Of a stretch of 64,000 bases of DNA, positions 1 to 9,834 are shown piece after piece; the stretch's first letter is position 1, and each line of letters begins with the position of its first letter. Source of the stretch: a virus. Taxonomy: Duplodnaviria > Caudoviricetes. Location of the stretch: positions 52,525 through 116,524 of the IMG/VR virus record IMGVR_UViG_3300009194_000005; one strand, given 5' to 3'. The notes beneath the pieces were generated by a model, which saw only the letters and a list, made by a program, of their open reading frames with translations, was not told the DNA's origin and did no database searches. The position numbers and the translations under genes are program-made.

Positions 1-430
1 CATCTTCTTGATGTATTCTACCAACTTACGAATCCACAGCTTAACGGTCTCAACGATAGTGCGTGAAATACTCTCTAGACCTACATCTAAATTGACGCTG
101 CTGCGGTCGCTGGTATAACTACCAATCGGGTAATGTTCCAGGGCGGGGGTCGGGGCCAGTTCGATGCCAACATCTGCTAGCGTGCCTCGGATCTCCCGCA
201 GGGCCTTCATATCGTGGGAGGACACCCCACGGCGCGCTACCGTATCCCTGAGATCGGTTAGCCACTCCATGGACATGCTAATCTGAGAGATGACTTGTTG
301 TTGAGACAGGGGGTAATCGGCTTCCTCTTCCTCATCCATTTCCACCTCAGGGTGTTCGAGTTCCTGTCCTTGCTGTTCCTCAGGGAGATCCTCAAGCTTC
401 TCATGTGCGTCTTCTTGTGAAACGACAGTG

Positions 431-772
431 TCAAACGTCATTGTTGGTGCCTCCATGTAAAATACCGGCCTCAAAGAGCCGTTGACGTAACAGGTACTGT
501 TCGCGTGACTTTACCCGCTTTAATGCATTCTTCCGGGCCTGTCGACGACCAATCTGAGGATCAAATTGCTGTGGGTTAGCACATGCTGCCTCCCCGGACA
601 ATTCCCATCCATTCCGAAGCACCAGACAACAAACAGTCAAGCGGGTTTGGGGAAACTGGTGGTAATCCTCGTGAACGATCATCGACTCCAAGTAATCATC
701 GGTTAACCGCGGGACGGGGAGTTCCCGTCCCGGCGTTTGTGCGTCATCACTCACTGTCAGCCTCAAAGGCAT
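431..772 (-). CDS. Gp49/Sf6 gp66-family phage protein (Acb4-like nucleotide sponge candidate)
   Basis: Motif TVCCLVLRNGWELSGEAACANPQQFDPQIG recalled as the Phage_gp49_66 family. True start may be downstream of 772. Confidence 0.6.
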   Translation of the reverse strand: MPLRLTVSDDAQTPGRELPVPRLTDDYLESMIVHEDYHQFPQTRLTVCCLVLRNGWELSGEAACANPQQFDPQIGRRQARKNALKRVKSREQYLLRQRLFEAGILHGGTNNDV

Positions 773-1181
773 CGCGCACTGAGAGTAGAGACTGACCGAA
801 ATTCGGACGACTCGCCACTGCGTTCAGTGCGGCCTGTTGATCATCGGTCAGACGAGTAGTAATGCTATCACTGGAAAGACAGGCTTTCAGAAGGGTGGTG
901 TCAGCCACTGATTCCACTACCTCCTTGCGGGACTTAACCAACTTCTCCAAGAAGGCGAACGTCAATTTAGTATCAAGCACCAACATCTCATTGACGTCAT
1001 TGATAACGACTTTCCAATCGGACATCTTCTCTTGGATATATTCTTCCGCGGTTAAACCGGTGGGGAGGTGGCCTTGGTAGGCCAGCGCCTGGGCCACATA
1101 CATGGCACGCATTTCCCGCTGATGGGTTTCGGGAAAGTCCAGAGTCTTGATCTGTTTGGCTAAGGCAATACCGAGTTTCAT
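747..1181 (-). CDS. hypothetical phage protein
   Basis: 144-aa ORF co-oriented and tightly packed with its neighbours. Confidence 0.65.
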   Translation of the reverse strand: MKLGIALAKQIKTLDFPETHQREMRAMYVAQALAYQGHLPTGLTAEEYIQEKMSDWKVVINDVNEMLVLDTKLTFAFLEKLVKSRKEVVESVADTTLLKACLSSDSITTRLTDDQQAALNAVASRPNFGQSLLSVRDAFEADSE

Positions 1182-1207
1182 GGGGTGTTCTCTCTGTGAA
1201 CGGTGGA

Positions 1208-2482
1208 TTAACGACGGAATCGGTCCGCCTGTAGGAAGAGGTCGTTATTAAGTAACGACTCCAGGAGCTCTTCATGTTTGAGCTGCTGACGACTACGTCG
1301 ATAGCCGGGGATTAACAAATACATCATTGCCATCACCAAGGTGGTGCGATCTTTCATGGTTTTCAAAAGATTATCGACGACTTTAATATCATCGTCGATA
1401 ATGGCACGACTTGTTGGATTTGACGACGCATGTTTGAGTTGAGCAATGAGGTCCTGGCGGATCTTAACAAGTCGCTGGTAGTCGTTGTCGTACACGCCGC
1501 CGTTGCTGCTATCGCCGAACTCCATTGCCACGTAGGCATACAGGAGGATTGGTGACGCAAGCGGTACAGTGAGTGATCCAGCTACAGCAAACCCACCAAA
1601 CAATAACTTCACAATCTCTATCGCGGTGTGGTATGCCGTCCCCCGATAAAACCTACCGGACGGCGACTTCTTCAGCTTATAAAAACCCGTTGCCAGATGT
1701 CGGGAAAATCCCATGCGGGAGGCGAACATGTCCGCGAGCTGTTCGTCGCGTTTTTCGCTGCCCGCCTTTGACACCAGGTGAGTTCGCGGCGAACGACGGT
1801 GAGCAATCAGTAACGCGCGGCGATAGTTTGCTTCCGTGGGATCTTTTACCAGTCGCTCAACTTCTTCTTTTGGGAGTTCTTTTTTGAGATACGCTGCATC
1901 GAAAACGTCGATTTTATATTTGTTCGGCTTCTTCCCAAGAAGTACGTCGGCCCCATCGGTCAGATAGTAGTTAAGGTAGACATACTCCCCGAGCGTGGCC
2001 AGGCTGAAAAATGCGTGACCTACCTCATGAAGGATAAAGGCGGTGATTTCTTCGGGGGTGAGGCCCGTCTTGCCGGAAAAATCTGCTTCAGGTAGCACCA
2101 GATAGAACGATACCTTTTCGAACTGTCCAGTGACTTTGACCTTGTCGAGATCAATGGTCGACGACATCCACTTATCATAGAACTCGGTATTTTTTCCTGA
2201 GGTACTTCTATCCCCATGGAAATTTGAGATACCGCTATGTCCGACAGGCTCGTTTATCAGTACCCCCATCGTCAGGGTATCGGTAACCAACGGTTTAAAA
2301 TTGAGGTTGGTTCTTTTTATAATGATCTCGGTGATGGCATTATAGTCCGATTGGCTTAACGTAACTCCTTTATCGCGTACCCTGATACAGAGTTCTTCTA
2401 CCTTGGTCAATAATTCGACACCAAGGATTTTGCTTCCGCCGATGTTAATGAATTCCTGAGAAATCTGTAACACTTCAGACAT
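1208..2482 (-). CDS. phiKZ-like virion structural protein with HExxH metallopeptidase-like motif
   Basis: 424 aa with EEITAFILHEVGH and EQLADMFA motifs. Divergent from the DNA polymerase exonuclease gene, as in phiKZ-like phages. Confidence 0.6.
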   Translation of the reverse strand: MSEVLQISQEFINIGGSKILGVELLTKVEELCIRVRDKGVTLSQSDYNAITEIIIKRTNLNFKPLVTDTLTMGVLINEPVGHSGISNFHGDRSTSGKNTEFYDKWMSSTIDLDKVKVTGQFEKVSFYLVLPEADFSGKTGLTPEEITAFILHEVGHAFFSLATLGEYVYLNYYLTDGADVLLGKKPNKYKIDVFDAAYLKKELPKEEVERLVKDPTEANYRRALLIAHRRSPRTHLVSKAGSEKRDEQLADMFASRMGFSRHLATGFYKLKKSPSGRFYRGTAYHTAIEIVKLLFGGFAVAGSLTVPLASPILLYAYVAMEFGDSSNGGVYDNDYQRLVKIRQDLIAQLKHASSNPTSRAIIDDDIKVVDNLLKTMKDRTTLVMAMMYLLIPGYRRSRQQLKHEELLESLLNNDLFLQADRFRR

Positions 2483-2624
2483 GTGGTAGTCCTTATAGGT
2501 GGGGAAATCAATTCTAGATCATACAAATAAGACGGCTTCCCAGAATACAGGCATAAAGGGAGGCCTGAGGCCTCTTTTACTTACCTTACCTATCCTGTGC
2601 AGAGACCACTAAGGAGTTTGCCCT

Positions 2625-4100
2625 GTGAGTCAACCCGAATATACTAAAGAAGATGTGGTAGGCTTTGAACCTAAGCACATCACCTACGTAAAAGCCCAAG
2701 ATGGGTCAAATCACGATCTGTTACTCGCCAAAGTCTACGTCCATCTCAAAGATGGGCGGCGTATACCCCAACTCCGCCCGCACGTGGATTACCAGCGTCC
2801 CTTCTGGGTGACTCAGAAGGGTCGTCAGACCCATCGCGACAAGAAGGACTACGAATACACCAAGAACTGTACCAAGTACACCACCACCCAGCTAGAGCTC
2901 CCGAGAGCGGCTGCGAGAGCGCTAAACGACTACTCGTCGGGGCCTAACCCACCCCTGAAGCGTTTGGCCCGTAGCCCCTACCTGTATGGTGCTGACGTGA
3001 GCTCCGCCTGCCTGCTCAAAGCGGAGTACAAAGAACGCTGGCCCGGACTGATTAGCTTCAACAGTGTGGCGGCGGGGGATATCGAGACTAACGTCCACTC
3101 CAAGGACGGTGAGATCATTTGTATGTCCGTCACCTGTAAGAAGAACGCCAGTCTGTTCTACCTCAGGGAGTGGGTCAGTGACATTGATGATCCCGTCGGC
3201 AAGACCCATGAGTTAGCCCACAAGTACATTGGTGAGACCTTACGGTCCCGTAACATTAACCTCGAAGTCGTGATTTGTGATACACCCGGACAGATCGTCG
3301 TCGAGTCCGCTAAACGGCTCCATGAATGGAAACCTGATTTCTACACCTTTTGGAACATGGACTTCGACGTCACCAACATGGTGAAGAACCTGGAGCGGGA
3401 GAACATTGATCCGAAAGACGTGTTCTCTGACCCAGGAATCCCTGAACTGTATCGGTACTTCGACTACCGTCGGGGCCCTGCGCAAAAAGTGACAGCATCC
3501 GGGAAGACCATGTCGATCAATATCGAGGATCGTTGGAACTGGGTCACCCATCCGGCCTCCTTTCAGTTTATTGACTCTCTCCCGGTCTATCGGATCTTGA
3601 GGATAGCCAATGGGAAGGATAGCTCGTATGCCCTGGATTATATCCTCAATAAAGAACTGGGACTCACCAAGCTAAAGTTCAAAGAGACCGAACACCTATC
3701 GGGACTGCGTTGGCACGAAGTCATGCAGGAACGCTATAAGATCGAATATGGGGTGTATAACATCTTCGATAGTATCTCACTGGAGTTACTGGACGAGAAA
3801 ACCAATGACCTTGCATCTAACATTTCCATGTTCTCGGGAAACTCCGACTACAAGAACTTTAACTCGTCACCAAAACGACTTTGCGATAGCATGCACTTCT
3901 GGTATCTTGATCGACCAGAGCCCTGTGTGATTGGCACCTCCTCTGACGATCCGGTGGATGAACTCGACGAGTATGTGGTGGGCCACGAATCGTGGATAAT
4001 CACACTACCCAGTTTTATGGCAGGTCCCAATGGACTAAGCTGTGTAAAAGAATTCCCCGGCTACCGGACCCTGTTGTACTCGCATATCGCTGATATGGAT
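2625..4100 (+). CDS. split family-B DNA polymerase, exonuclease-containing subunit (phiKZ gp82-like), exon 1
   Basis: ExoI GDIET, ExoII FWNMDFD and ExoIII YNIFD motifs. Ends ...ADMD at the intron; splicing to exon 2 restores motif A DLVSAYP. Confidence 0.85.
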
Positions 4101-4550
4101 AAATGATATTTGTAATGTAATACTCATTTCATTACATTCGTGACAATATCGATGTCCCTTCAGACTGGAAGGTCTGAATGCAAACCCTTCTAATTGCTGG
4201 GAACCCCTAAAGCTACCTCACCACAGGTACCCCGAAAGGAGGTATCGATGGTTTAACAACGAGGTGGATGCGTCCTACGGGACAAAATGGGCAACCGTGG
4301 GGTCTAAGACCCCCTGTAGCAGCGAAGCCCCTACAGGGCCTCTTAGGAGGCCTACGGGGAACGTTCAACGGCTATCGAAAGGCACCTTATGGTGAACCGA
4401 GTAGAGTAGGGACCAAGTGGTCCCGAAATGGAGGGCGTCCCACGGGGACGAAGATATAGTCTCACCTGCATGGGAAACCTGCAGCAGCCTGCCCTGTCGT
4501 GAGACAGTCTGGGGCGAGTAAGAAGGTAGCGTTTCTTACTGAAGATAGTG
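4101..4550 (+). ncRNA. group I intron (450 nt, no ORF) in the DNA polymerase exonuclease subunit
   Basis: Core elements AATTGCTGGGAA, GCAGCGAAG, GTTCAACGGCTA and AAGATATAGTCT. The 5' exon ends in U (GGAT) and pairs with IGS GTCC; the intron ends in G. Splicing restores the reading frame. Confidence 0.9.
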
Positions 4551-4874
4551 CTTGTCAGCGCGTATCCAAATTGTTCTCAGTACCTGAACATTTCACGAGA
4601 AACCTGTCAGATGGAATTCTCGATGATGGAAGGCATCTCGGAGCACCATCGTCGGGAAGTCGGGGTCAATCTCACCGGAGGGAAAACCAATGCGGTGGAG
4701 ATCTGCGAAAAGATTCTCTCGGCTCCATCGCTGGATGACATGTTAGCGGAATTCCAGAAAGAGAAGGGCTTGCCTGTCGATCCTCCTTCCCGTCATGTGG
4801 AGGTGTACACAACAGAACGTAAACGAGTTGAGGTCGAAGAAGAGTTACGGGACGATTCCGTGATGGAGGATTAG
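4551..4874 (+). CDS. split family-B DNA polymerase exonuclease subunit, exon 2 (spliced product 599 aa)
   Basis: Begins LVSAYPN, completing the PolB motif A DxxSxYP. Confidence 0.85.
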   Translation, partial: LVSAYPNCSQYLNISRETCQMEFSMMEGISEHHRREVGVNLTGGKTNAVEICEKILSAPSLDDMLAEFQKEKGLPVDPPSRHVEVYTTERKRVEVEEELRDDSVMED

Positions 4875-4910
4875 CTAACCTTTCAGTGGGAGCGCTTTGG
4901 TGGCTATGAG

Positions 4911-5255
4911 GTGAGCACGAAAGGGGATCGGCGTTTCTCAGCCTTCAATGCCTATTTGGACGATGGTTTTAGTATAGAAGACCATTACCAGCTTACGGTA
5001 AAGGGTCGGGGCGTATTAGGACGAGATACCTGGCGGGAAGGCAAGGGGAAACCACCTCTGGGAAAATTCACCGGGGATGAACTCTACCTGGCCTATCGGC
5101 GTCTGTGGGAGGCGTGGGCTCAAACCCACCCTACCCTCATGATGGAGCTACGCGAGCGTGCATTGGCTCACCAGGGCGTGCTCTCGGACCGCTTTGCGTC
5201 CTCACCGGTTAACCAAGCAAGGGCGTTGAGTGATCTACTGAACTTAGGGTTTTAA
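4911..5255 (+). CDS. NADAR-like protein (DarT1-associated antitoxin family-like)
   Basis: YEVSTKGDRRFSAFNA...IEDHYQ...KG...Y..LW...D.F......QARAL pattern recalled from this family. Start codon uncertain. Confidence 0.55.
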   Translation: MSTKGDRRFSAFNAYLDDGFSIEDHYQLTVKGRGVLGRDTWREGKGKPPLGKFTGDELYLAYRRLWEAWAQTHPTLMMELRERALAHQGVLSDRFASSPVNQARALSDLLNLGF

Positions 5256-5259
5256 TGTC

Positions 5260-5466
5260 ATGGATATTACGGCATGTCCGTTATGCGGTTGTACAGCCAA
5301 CGTTACGGATACACCCAATACCCTTACTGATGTTGGGGTATTGGGGATTGTAACCGAATGTGGACTACGGTTAGAGGACGAGTACTTTATTGGGAATTAC
5401 ACCAAGGGAGATCGGGACAAAGTACTTAAACGCCTTATTCACCAATGGGAGAAACGTGTCTCATGA
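5260..5466 (+). CDS. small CxxC protein
   Basis: 68 aa with N-terminal CPLCG. Confidence 0.5.
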   Translation: MDITACPLCGCTANVTDTPNTLTDVGVLGIVTECGLRLEDEYFIGNYTKGDRDKVLKRLIHQWEKRVS

Positions 5467-5675
5467 ACATTCGTTATCTATTCAAAGGGTACGTATTGTT
5501 GATGTTTGCGTTGTTCGCCTTAGCGGTACTGGACCTGATTCTTTCCTATACCCCCTTCATCACCCTGTATGGCTACGTCAATCATGCGGGTGCTGCCCTA
5601 CTCGTGGTGTGGGCCGTGGTGACCCTCTTCGTTCTCGGTTGGGCGACATGGCGTTACATCTTCCACTATACTTGA
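5463..5675 (+). CDS. small membrane protein (2 TM)
   Basis: Two hydrophobic stretches; ATGA overlap with the upstream gene. Confidence 0.55.
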   Translation: MNIRYLFKGYVLLMFALFALAVLDLILSYTPFITLYGYVNHAGAALLVVWAVVTLFVLGWATWRYIFHYT

Positions 5676-5689
5676 TCAACGCATAAAAT

Positions 5690-5711
5690 GCCCTCCCCAT
5701 TGGGGAGGGCC
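5690..5711. terminator. terminator hairpin between convergent genes
   Basis: GCCCTCCCCA/TGGGGAGGGC inverted repeat. Confidence 0.6.
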
Positions 5712-5823
5712 AATCTACCGTAAACGAGCAAAACAAAAGAAGGACACGCCGCTCTTTCGCCATCGCCAATACCGTACCAAGAAGGACAGCCTTGACTATA
5801 GTATTAGGGACACTCTGGGTGGG

Positions 5824-6633
5824 TTATTGAACGAGTTCGAGGACAGGGCGCCAGCATCCGCTTGATGATCTCCATTGCGGTATGTTTGACGACATACCGA
5901 GTAAACCGTGATAGCCCCTCATTATGCGGGAATAGGTGGTGTGTGTATGGGTCTCTTTCACAAAACTGTATCGGTTTAGTTTTATGTCTAGAAATTCGTT
6001 GGTGTATGTAGGCCAGTCACCGCCAGGAGAGTAATCGGAATGTACACGTTTCAACAATTCGTCCCATTCGGAACCTGGGCCATCGGTAAACACGTTAACG
6101 TTACGCTCAGCTCCGCTAGGGTCGTTGACTGAACCATTGAGGAGGCGAACCTTGAAGGTAAGGTTATTTTTAGTTAACAAGGTGTTCTGGTTAACACCGG
6201 TTGTCGGTGGGAATGCCCCTACTGTGTCAGTCCCGTATACTAAACCTAAATTGTAAAGCTCGTTTACGGTCACATTACTGCGGACATTTTTGCTGGCAAC
6301 AAATAAAATTTTTCCGTTAAATCCAAACTTAAGCCAAGAGAAACCGGCATCGCTAAGCTCAACTCCCGAAGACATTCCTGTAATAGTCGATAACTCAGTC
6401 CTTGTAAAAAGCTCAGTGTCGGGGACCTCCCCATAAAAATCGACAACTCCATCAGTAGCGATTATCTGACTTCCACTCATTACCGATTGAGTCCCCACCA
6501 CTTCAAACCCACCCAGGGTTTGGCCATCATGTAAGCGGACTGCCTTTTTCTCTAAGTCAATCGACAATTCCCCTTCCGGGAGCGTCAACCCATTATTCTC
6601 CGCGGTCGTCCCGCGTAAAAACCGTGTACGCAT
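5824..6633 (-). CDS. tail-fibre/adhesin paralogue (Mtd-N-like domain plus C-type-lectin-like C-terminus), not matched by either TR
   Basis: N-terminus MRTRFLRGTT..GELSID..RLHDG..GG and C-terminus WRPVLELV are shared with the DGR targets. Confidence 0.75.
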   Translation of the reverse strand: MRTRFLRGTTAENNGLTLPEGELSIDLEKKAVRLHDGQTLGGFEVVGTQSVMSGSQIIATDGVVDFYGEVPDTELFTRTELSTITGMSSGVELSDAGFSWLKFGFNGKILFVASKNVRSNVTVNELYNLGLVYGTDTVGAFPPTTGVNQNTLLTKNNLTFKVRLLNGSVNDPSGAERNVNVFTDGPGSEWDELLKRVHSDYSPGGDWPTYTNEFLDIKLNRYSFVKETHTHTTYSRIMRGYHGLLGMSSNIPQWRSSSGCWRPVLELVQ

Positions 6634-6660
6634 TATCTATCTCCTAATATGACTTTCGTT

Positions 6661-7065
6661 TTACTCAGGTAAACGGGGAAGCGTTACCGTCTTACCCGCT
6701 AAGTGGTGGTCACTATCCCCACAGAACTGAATGTTTCCCTGACGGATAAAGTAGTGACACTGGGTACTGCCATCTCGATTATAAACCCGAATCGACGGGT
6801 TAAACGTGGGTTGGTCAACATTACCGTCCCAGCACCATAACGCGGTCACCTTGGTATTGCTGTCGGGGTGACGAACATGAATCGGATGGCGTTCTCGACA
6901 GCCGGGACACCAGTGCCAGAGGATGCCCGGAATGGGCTGGTGAAGCACAGCTGATAAACGAGTTCCCATTCGTTGACCCCTATTAACAAAAAAAGCCCTT
7001 CCCGGAGGAAGGGCGTGTATGCCGTAATCCCTGAGCGGTAGCGAATCACTCAGATAACGGTCCAT
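6661..7065 (-). CDS. DUF6527-like protein
   Basis: WCPGC..H...W.WDGN...PTF.PSI...CH.FI..G.IQFC.DS.H.LAG pattern. Confidence 0.6.
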   Translation of the reverse strand: MDRYLSDSLPLRDYGIHALPPGRAFFVNRGQRMGTRLSAVLHQPIPGILWHWCPGCRERHPIHVRHPDSNTKVTALWCWDGNVDQPTFNPSIRVYNRDGSTQCHYFIRQGNIQFCGDSDHHLAGKTVTLPRLPE

Positions 7066-7082
7066 AAACGCTCTCTATACTA

Positions 7083-8195
7083 TCAAGCGTAGTTCTTGAA
7101 ATAGTCGGTCAGGCGATCACTCACCGCAGGAGAGTAACCGGAAAGCATGTGGCGGATGTCAATCTGCTTACGCTTAGCGCCGGCATTGCGGTCAGTGATG
7201 ATCAGGAACAGCTCAATCAGGTTCACATGACGCTGCTGAGCCTTACGGTCCCCTTTGAGGAGGTGGGTAAAGCGGTAGGCATAGCTGGGTGAGAACACCC
7301 CCTCACGCTCCTTCACTACCCGGCGCTTGATCATGTCCAGGGCTTCGGGGAGAGCAGGGCCTTCCATGCGCATGACGTAGTTGAACAGGTTGTCCAGATC
7401 GCGTTGGGCTTTACCCCCTTCGGCTTCGGTGATCTGCTTACCGGGCGCCACGGCCGCCACGTAACGGTCCAACACGCCTTCAATAAAACTCAGGTTCATT
7501 TCGGTTAATGCTCCATTATAGGTCGAGGTCGTCTCAGCCCGCTCCAGGAGGCCTTCCTGTTCCGACACGGGGGTAGCCTCCTCTTCGGGTTGATCGTCGC
7601 CGAATTGGCGGTTATAGGCCGCGAGAATCGCGCCTACGGTATCCGCCTCTGCGTTCAGGGTGTGGCGCTTCTTGAGTTCAATCGCCAGCTTGATGTCGGT
7701 GGTCTTACCCACCGCTTTGAGCTCCCCTTCGGCCCAGGACATGAGCTCTTCAGTGCTCCAGTCCTGTGCTTGACGCTGGGGACGCGTCCGGTCATAGACC
7801 CACGCGCCATAAGAGGTCTGCTCCGGCGTGATACCCTTCTGGAAGTAATCCAGGACCTGCTGGTCACTCCAAGCCTCTTCCAGATCCTCCCGGCGGCGGT
7901 ATTCATTGATTAGTTCACTGCGGCGTTTATTGGAGACACCAATCAGTGCGCCTTTCAGGTATGCGAGGAGTTCCTTGCTTTCCCAGTCGGCGGGTTTACG
8001 CTGTGCGCGAGTCGGATCAAAGCGGAACACGCCGTCTTCGGTGGTCTCTTCCTCTTCGTTCTCCATGGTCTTGATCCACTGTTCGACCTGCGGATCGGTC
8101 CACGCTTCCGGGAGGGAGAATGCGTCACGTGCTGCCTCGACCGGAGAGAGTTCTTCTAGAGTTTCACCTTGCGGATCTTGGGTTTCATTACTCAT
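7083..8195 (-). CDS. hypothetical acidic phage protein with an internal repeat
   Basis: 370 aa. EAWTD..DPTRAQR..DW is repeated as EAWSD..DRTRPQR..DW. Confidence 0.75.
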   Translation of the reverse strand: MSNETQDPQGETLEELSPVEAARDAFSLPEAWTDPQVEQWIKTMENEEEETTEDGVFRFDPTRAQRKPADWESKELLAYLKGALIGVSNKRRSELINEYRRREDLEEAWSDQQVLDYFQKGITPEQTSYGAWVYDRTRPQRQAQDWSTEELMSWAEGELKAVGKTTDIKLAIELKKRHTLNAEADTVGAILAAYNRQFGDDQPEEEATPVSEQEGLLERAETTSTYNGALTEMNLSFIEGVLDRYVAAVAPGKQITEAEGGKAQRDLDNLFNYVMRMEGPALPEALDMIKRRVVKEREGVFSPSYAYRFTHLLKGDRKAQQRHVNLIELFLIITDRNAGAKRKQIDIRHMLSGYSPAVSDRLTDYFKNYA

Positions 8196-8214
8196 GGTAA
8201 CACTCCTTTATGGA

Positions 8215-8490
8215 TTAAGCCGCCTTCGCGGCATGAGCACTGTCTAAGGTGGCGTGAAACTGTTCCACGTTCCATTTCGCCGTACACCCACACCGACAGC
8301 GAATTTCTAAGCGCGTTCCGACTAAACAGAAGCTTGCCGTCATACGATCACGCCGATACCAATTGTGACACAAGGGACACATCCGATCCCAGGTACGGTT
8401 CATGTAACTGTTGAAGTGATATTTTGCCCACTGACGTCGGTTAAGATACCCCCTCACCCGACCGATAATCCCCTGCGCCATGATGTACAT
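8215..8490 (-). CDS. small Cys-rich hypothetical protein
   Basis: CPLC and CRCGC motifs. Confidence 0.45.
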   Translation of the reverse strand: MYIMAQGIIGRVRGYLNRRQWAKYHFNSYMNRTWDRMCPLCHNWYRRDRMTASFCLVGTRLEIRCRCGCTAKWNVEQFHATLDSAHAAKAA

Positions 8491-9793
8491 TTCCTTCTGG
8501 TTCGATGCCGTAATATTCTTTTAGAAAGTGGCAATATAGGTGGTAAAGTTTTGGTTTGTTTTCGACTTCGCGGTTATTGGCTTTCAGTACATCCAACGGT
8601 AATGGATTCTCAGGGAAGAACACGCCCGGACTATTTTGATCATTTGCTCGATTACGGAGTAATAACTCCGACACCCCGAGTGTCCGACTTGCATCCTTAA
8701 CGGAACCGAAATAACGTGGGCCAATGCAGATTTGCTTGGCAAAGGGATTCCCCGCACCGCGACGGTTGGCTCTACGTTCGGGGTCACTCCACATCTCCCG
8801 CATCCTCTCACCCATCTGCTTACGGTATTCTGGAGATTCTTGGCGTTTCTTTAGTGACGCTTTACGCTTCGCAATAACCTCTTCAGAAAGCAAAATACTA
8901 CTAATAGGCGACTTAGCATTCTTGGCGATATTCACGCAGTTCTCGTCACCGCCCATTTCATCAATCATTTTTTGTTCGAGCAAGAAGGCTTCTTCCCGGT
9001 CCCTAGTTGGAAACTCCTCAACAACAAACTCATCGCGGTCCCCATTCCATACCTCCTGGAGAAACCGGTTTTGGTGTTTCCCCGTTTCCATTTGGTTGAA
9101 ATGTGACGTAATGCGCCAAGGAATATCCTTAGTGCTGCCCACGTAGAAACGGCCTGTGGGTTTATGGATCAGTTTGTACGCACCGGGTATCTCGCGTTTC
9201 ACCCTATTAACCTTCATGTTATTGAGGATCAGTCCCGTGTCCCAGTATTCGTCAAACCACTTTTGGGCGTACTCGCGGGCTTCCTTTCCGTCTTGGGTTC
9301 GGATAAACTCAAACGTAAAGTCGTCCGAGCCGTTACTCTCATTAAACACTTGTTGAAATGCCTCGTTGCGATGGTTTCCCGCGCGAAGCATGATCATGTT
9401 GTGCTTGTGGAGTTTGACGACATCTACCGAGTGACCCACAAAGAATTTCCCTGAGGGGCGATGGATGATGCGGTACGCACCAGGGACTTTAGGGAAGTCG
9501 CTCCCATTGAGTAGTTTCGGGTTAGTGTAATGTTCGATCAGTAACTCATGGCGCTTTGCCCGCGCCTCCTGACGGTCTTCGCATTTGATGAAATCAAACT
9601 CAACGGCGTCGATACCTGTCTTAGACACCAGTTCCTGCAATGAGGGATTGTGGTGAGAGCCGATTTGCAGTACGTTGTATGTATGACGCGCCGTATATTG
9701 GAGTGAATCCGCCACGGCGTAAAAGAAGTTACCGGTGGGGGTATGGGTTACTTCCAGGATGCCGCAACCTTTCGGGAAATGATCGAAATTCAT
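8441..9793 (-). CDS. free-standing GIY-YIG endonuclease with three tandem GIY-YIG-like modules
   Basis: GILEVTHTPTGNFFYA, GAYRIIHRPSGKFFVGHS and GAYKLIHKPTGRFYVGST, followed by a basic NUMOD-like tail. Confidence 0.8.
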   Translation of the reverse strand: MNFDHFPKGCGILEVTHTPTGNFFYAVADSLQYTARHTYNVLQIGSHHNPSLQELVSKTGIDAVEFDFIKCEDRQEARAKRHELLIEHYTNPKLLNGSDFPKVPGAYRIIHRPSGKFFVGHSVDVVKLHKHNMIMLRAGNHRNEAFQQVFNESNGSDDFTFEFIRTQDGKEAREYAQKWFDEYWDTGLILNNMKVNRVKREIPGAYKLIHKPTGRFYVGSTKDIPWRITSHFNQMETGKHQNRFLQEVWNGDRDEFVVEEFPTRDREEAFLLEQKMIDEMGGDENCVNIAKNAKSPISSILLSEEVIAKRKASLKKRQESPEYRKQMGERMREMWSDPERRANRRGAGNPFAKQICIGPRYFGSVKDASRTLGVSELLLRNRANDQNSPGVFFPENPLPLDVLKANNREVENKPKLYHLYCHFLKEYYGIEPEGNVHHGAGDYRSGEGVS

Positions 9794-9800
9794 CTACGAG

Positions 9801-9834
9801 GTCTCCTTAACAGATGGGTACATATTAAGGAGAC
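9801..9834 (-). promoter_or_regulatory. RBS-sequestering hairpin upstream of the GIY-YIG gene
   Basis: Perfect 10-bp stem GTCTCCTTAA/TTAAGGAGAC. The 3' arm contains AAGGAG just upstream of the ATG at 9793; TATG lies in the loop. Confidence 0.65.

Noticed and set aside
4268-4459. Similar small ORFs at 4268-4459 and 38335-38586
   Set aside because: The similarity comes from homologous intron RNA cores, not from a protein.
4872-4874. Genome-wide TAG recoding
   Set aside because: Other genes end normally at TAG (31147, 31995, 34701), and long ORFs are intact under the standard code.
5824-5935. 3' ends of 5824-6633 and 17399-18271 as additional VRs of TR1 or TR2
   Set aside because: They mismatch both TRs at many C, G and T positions.
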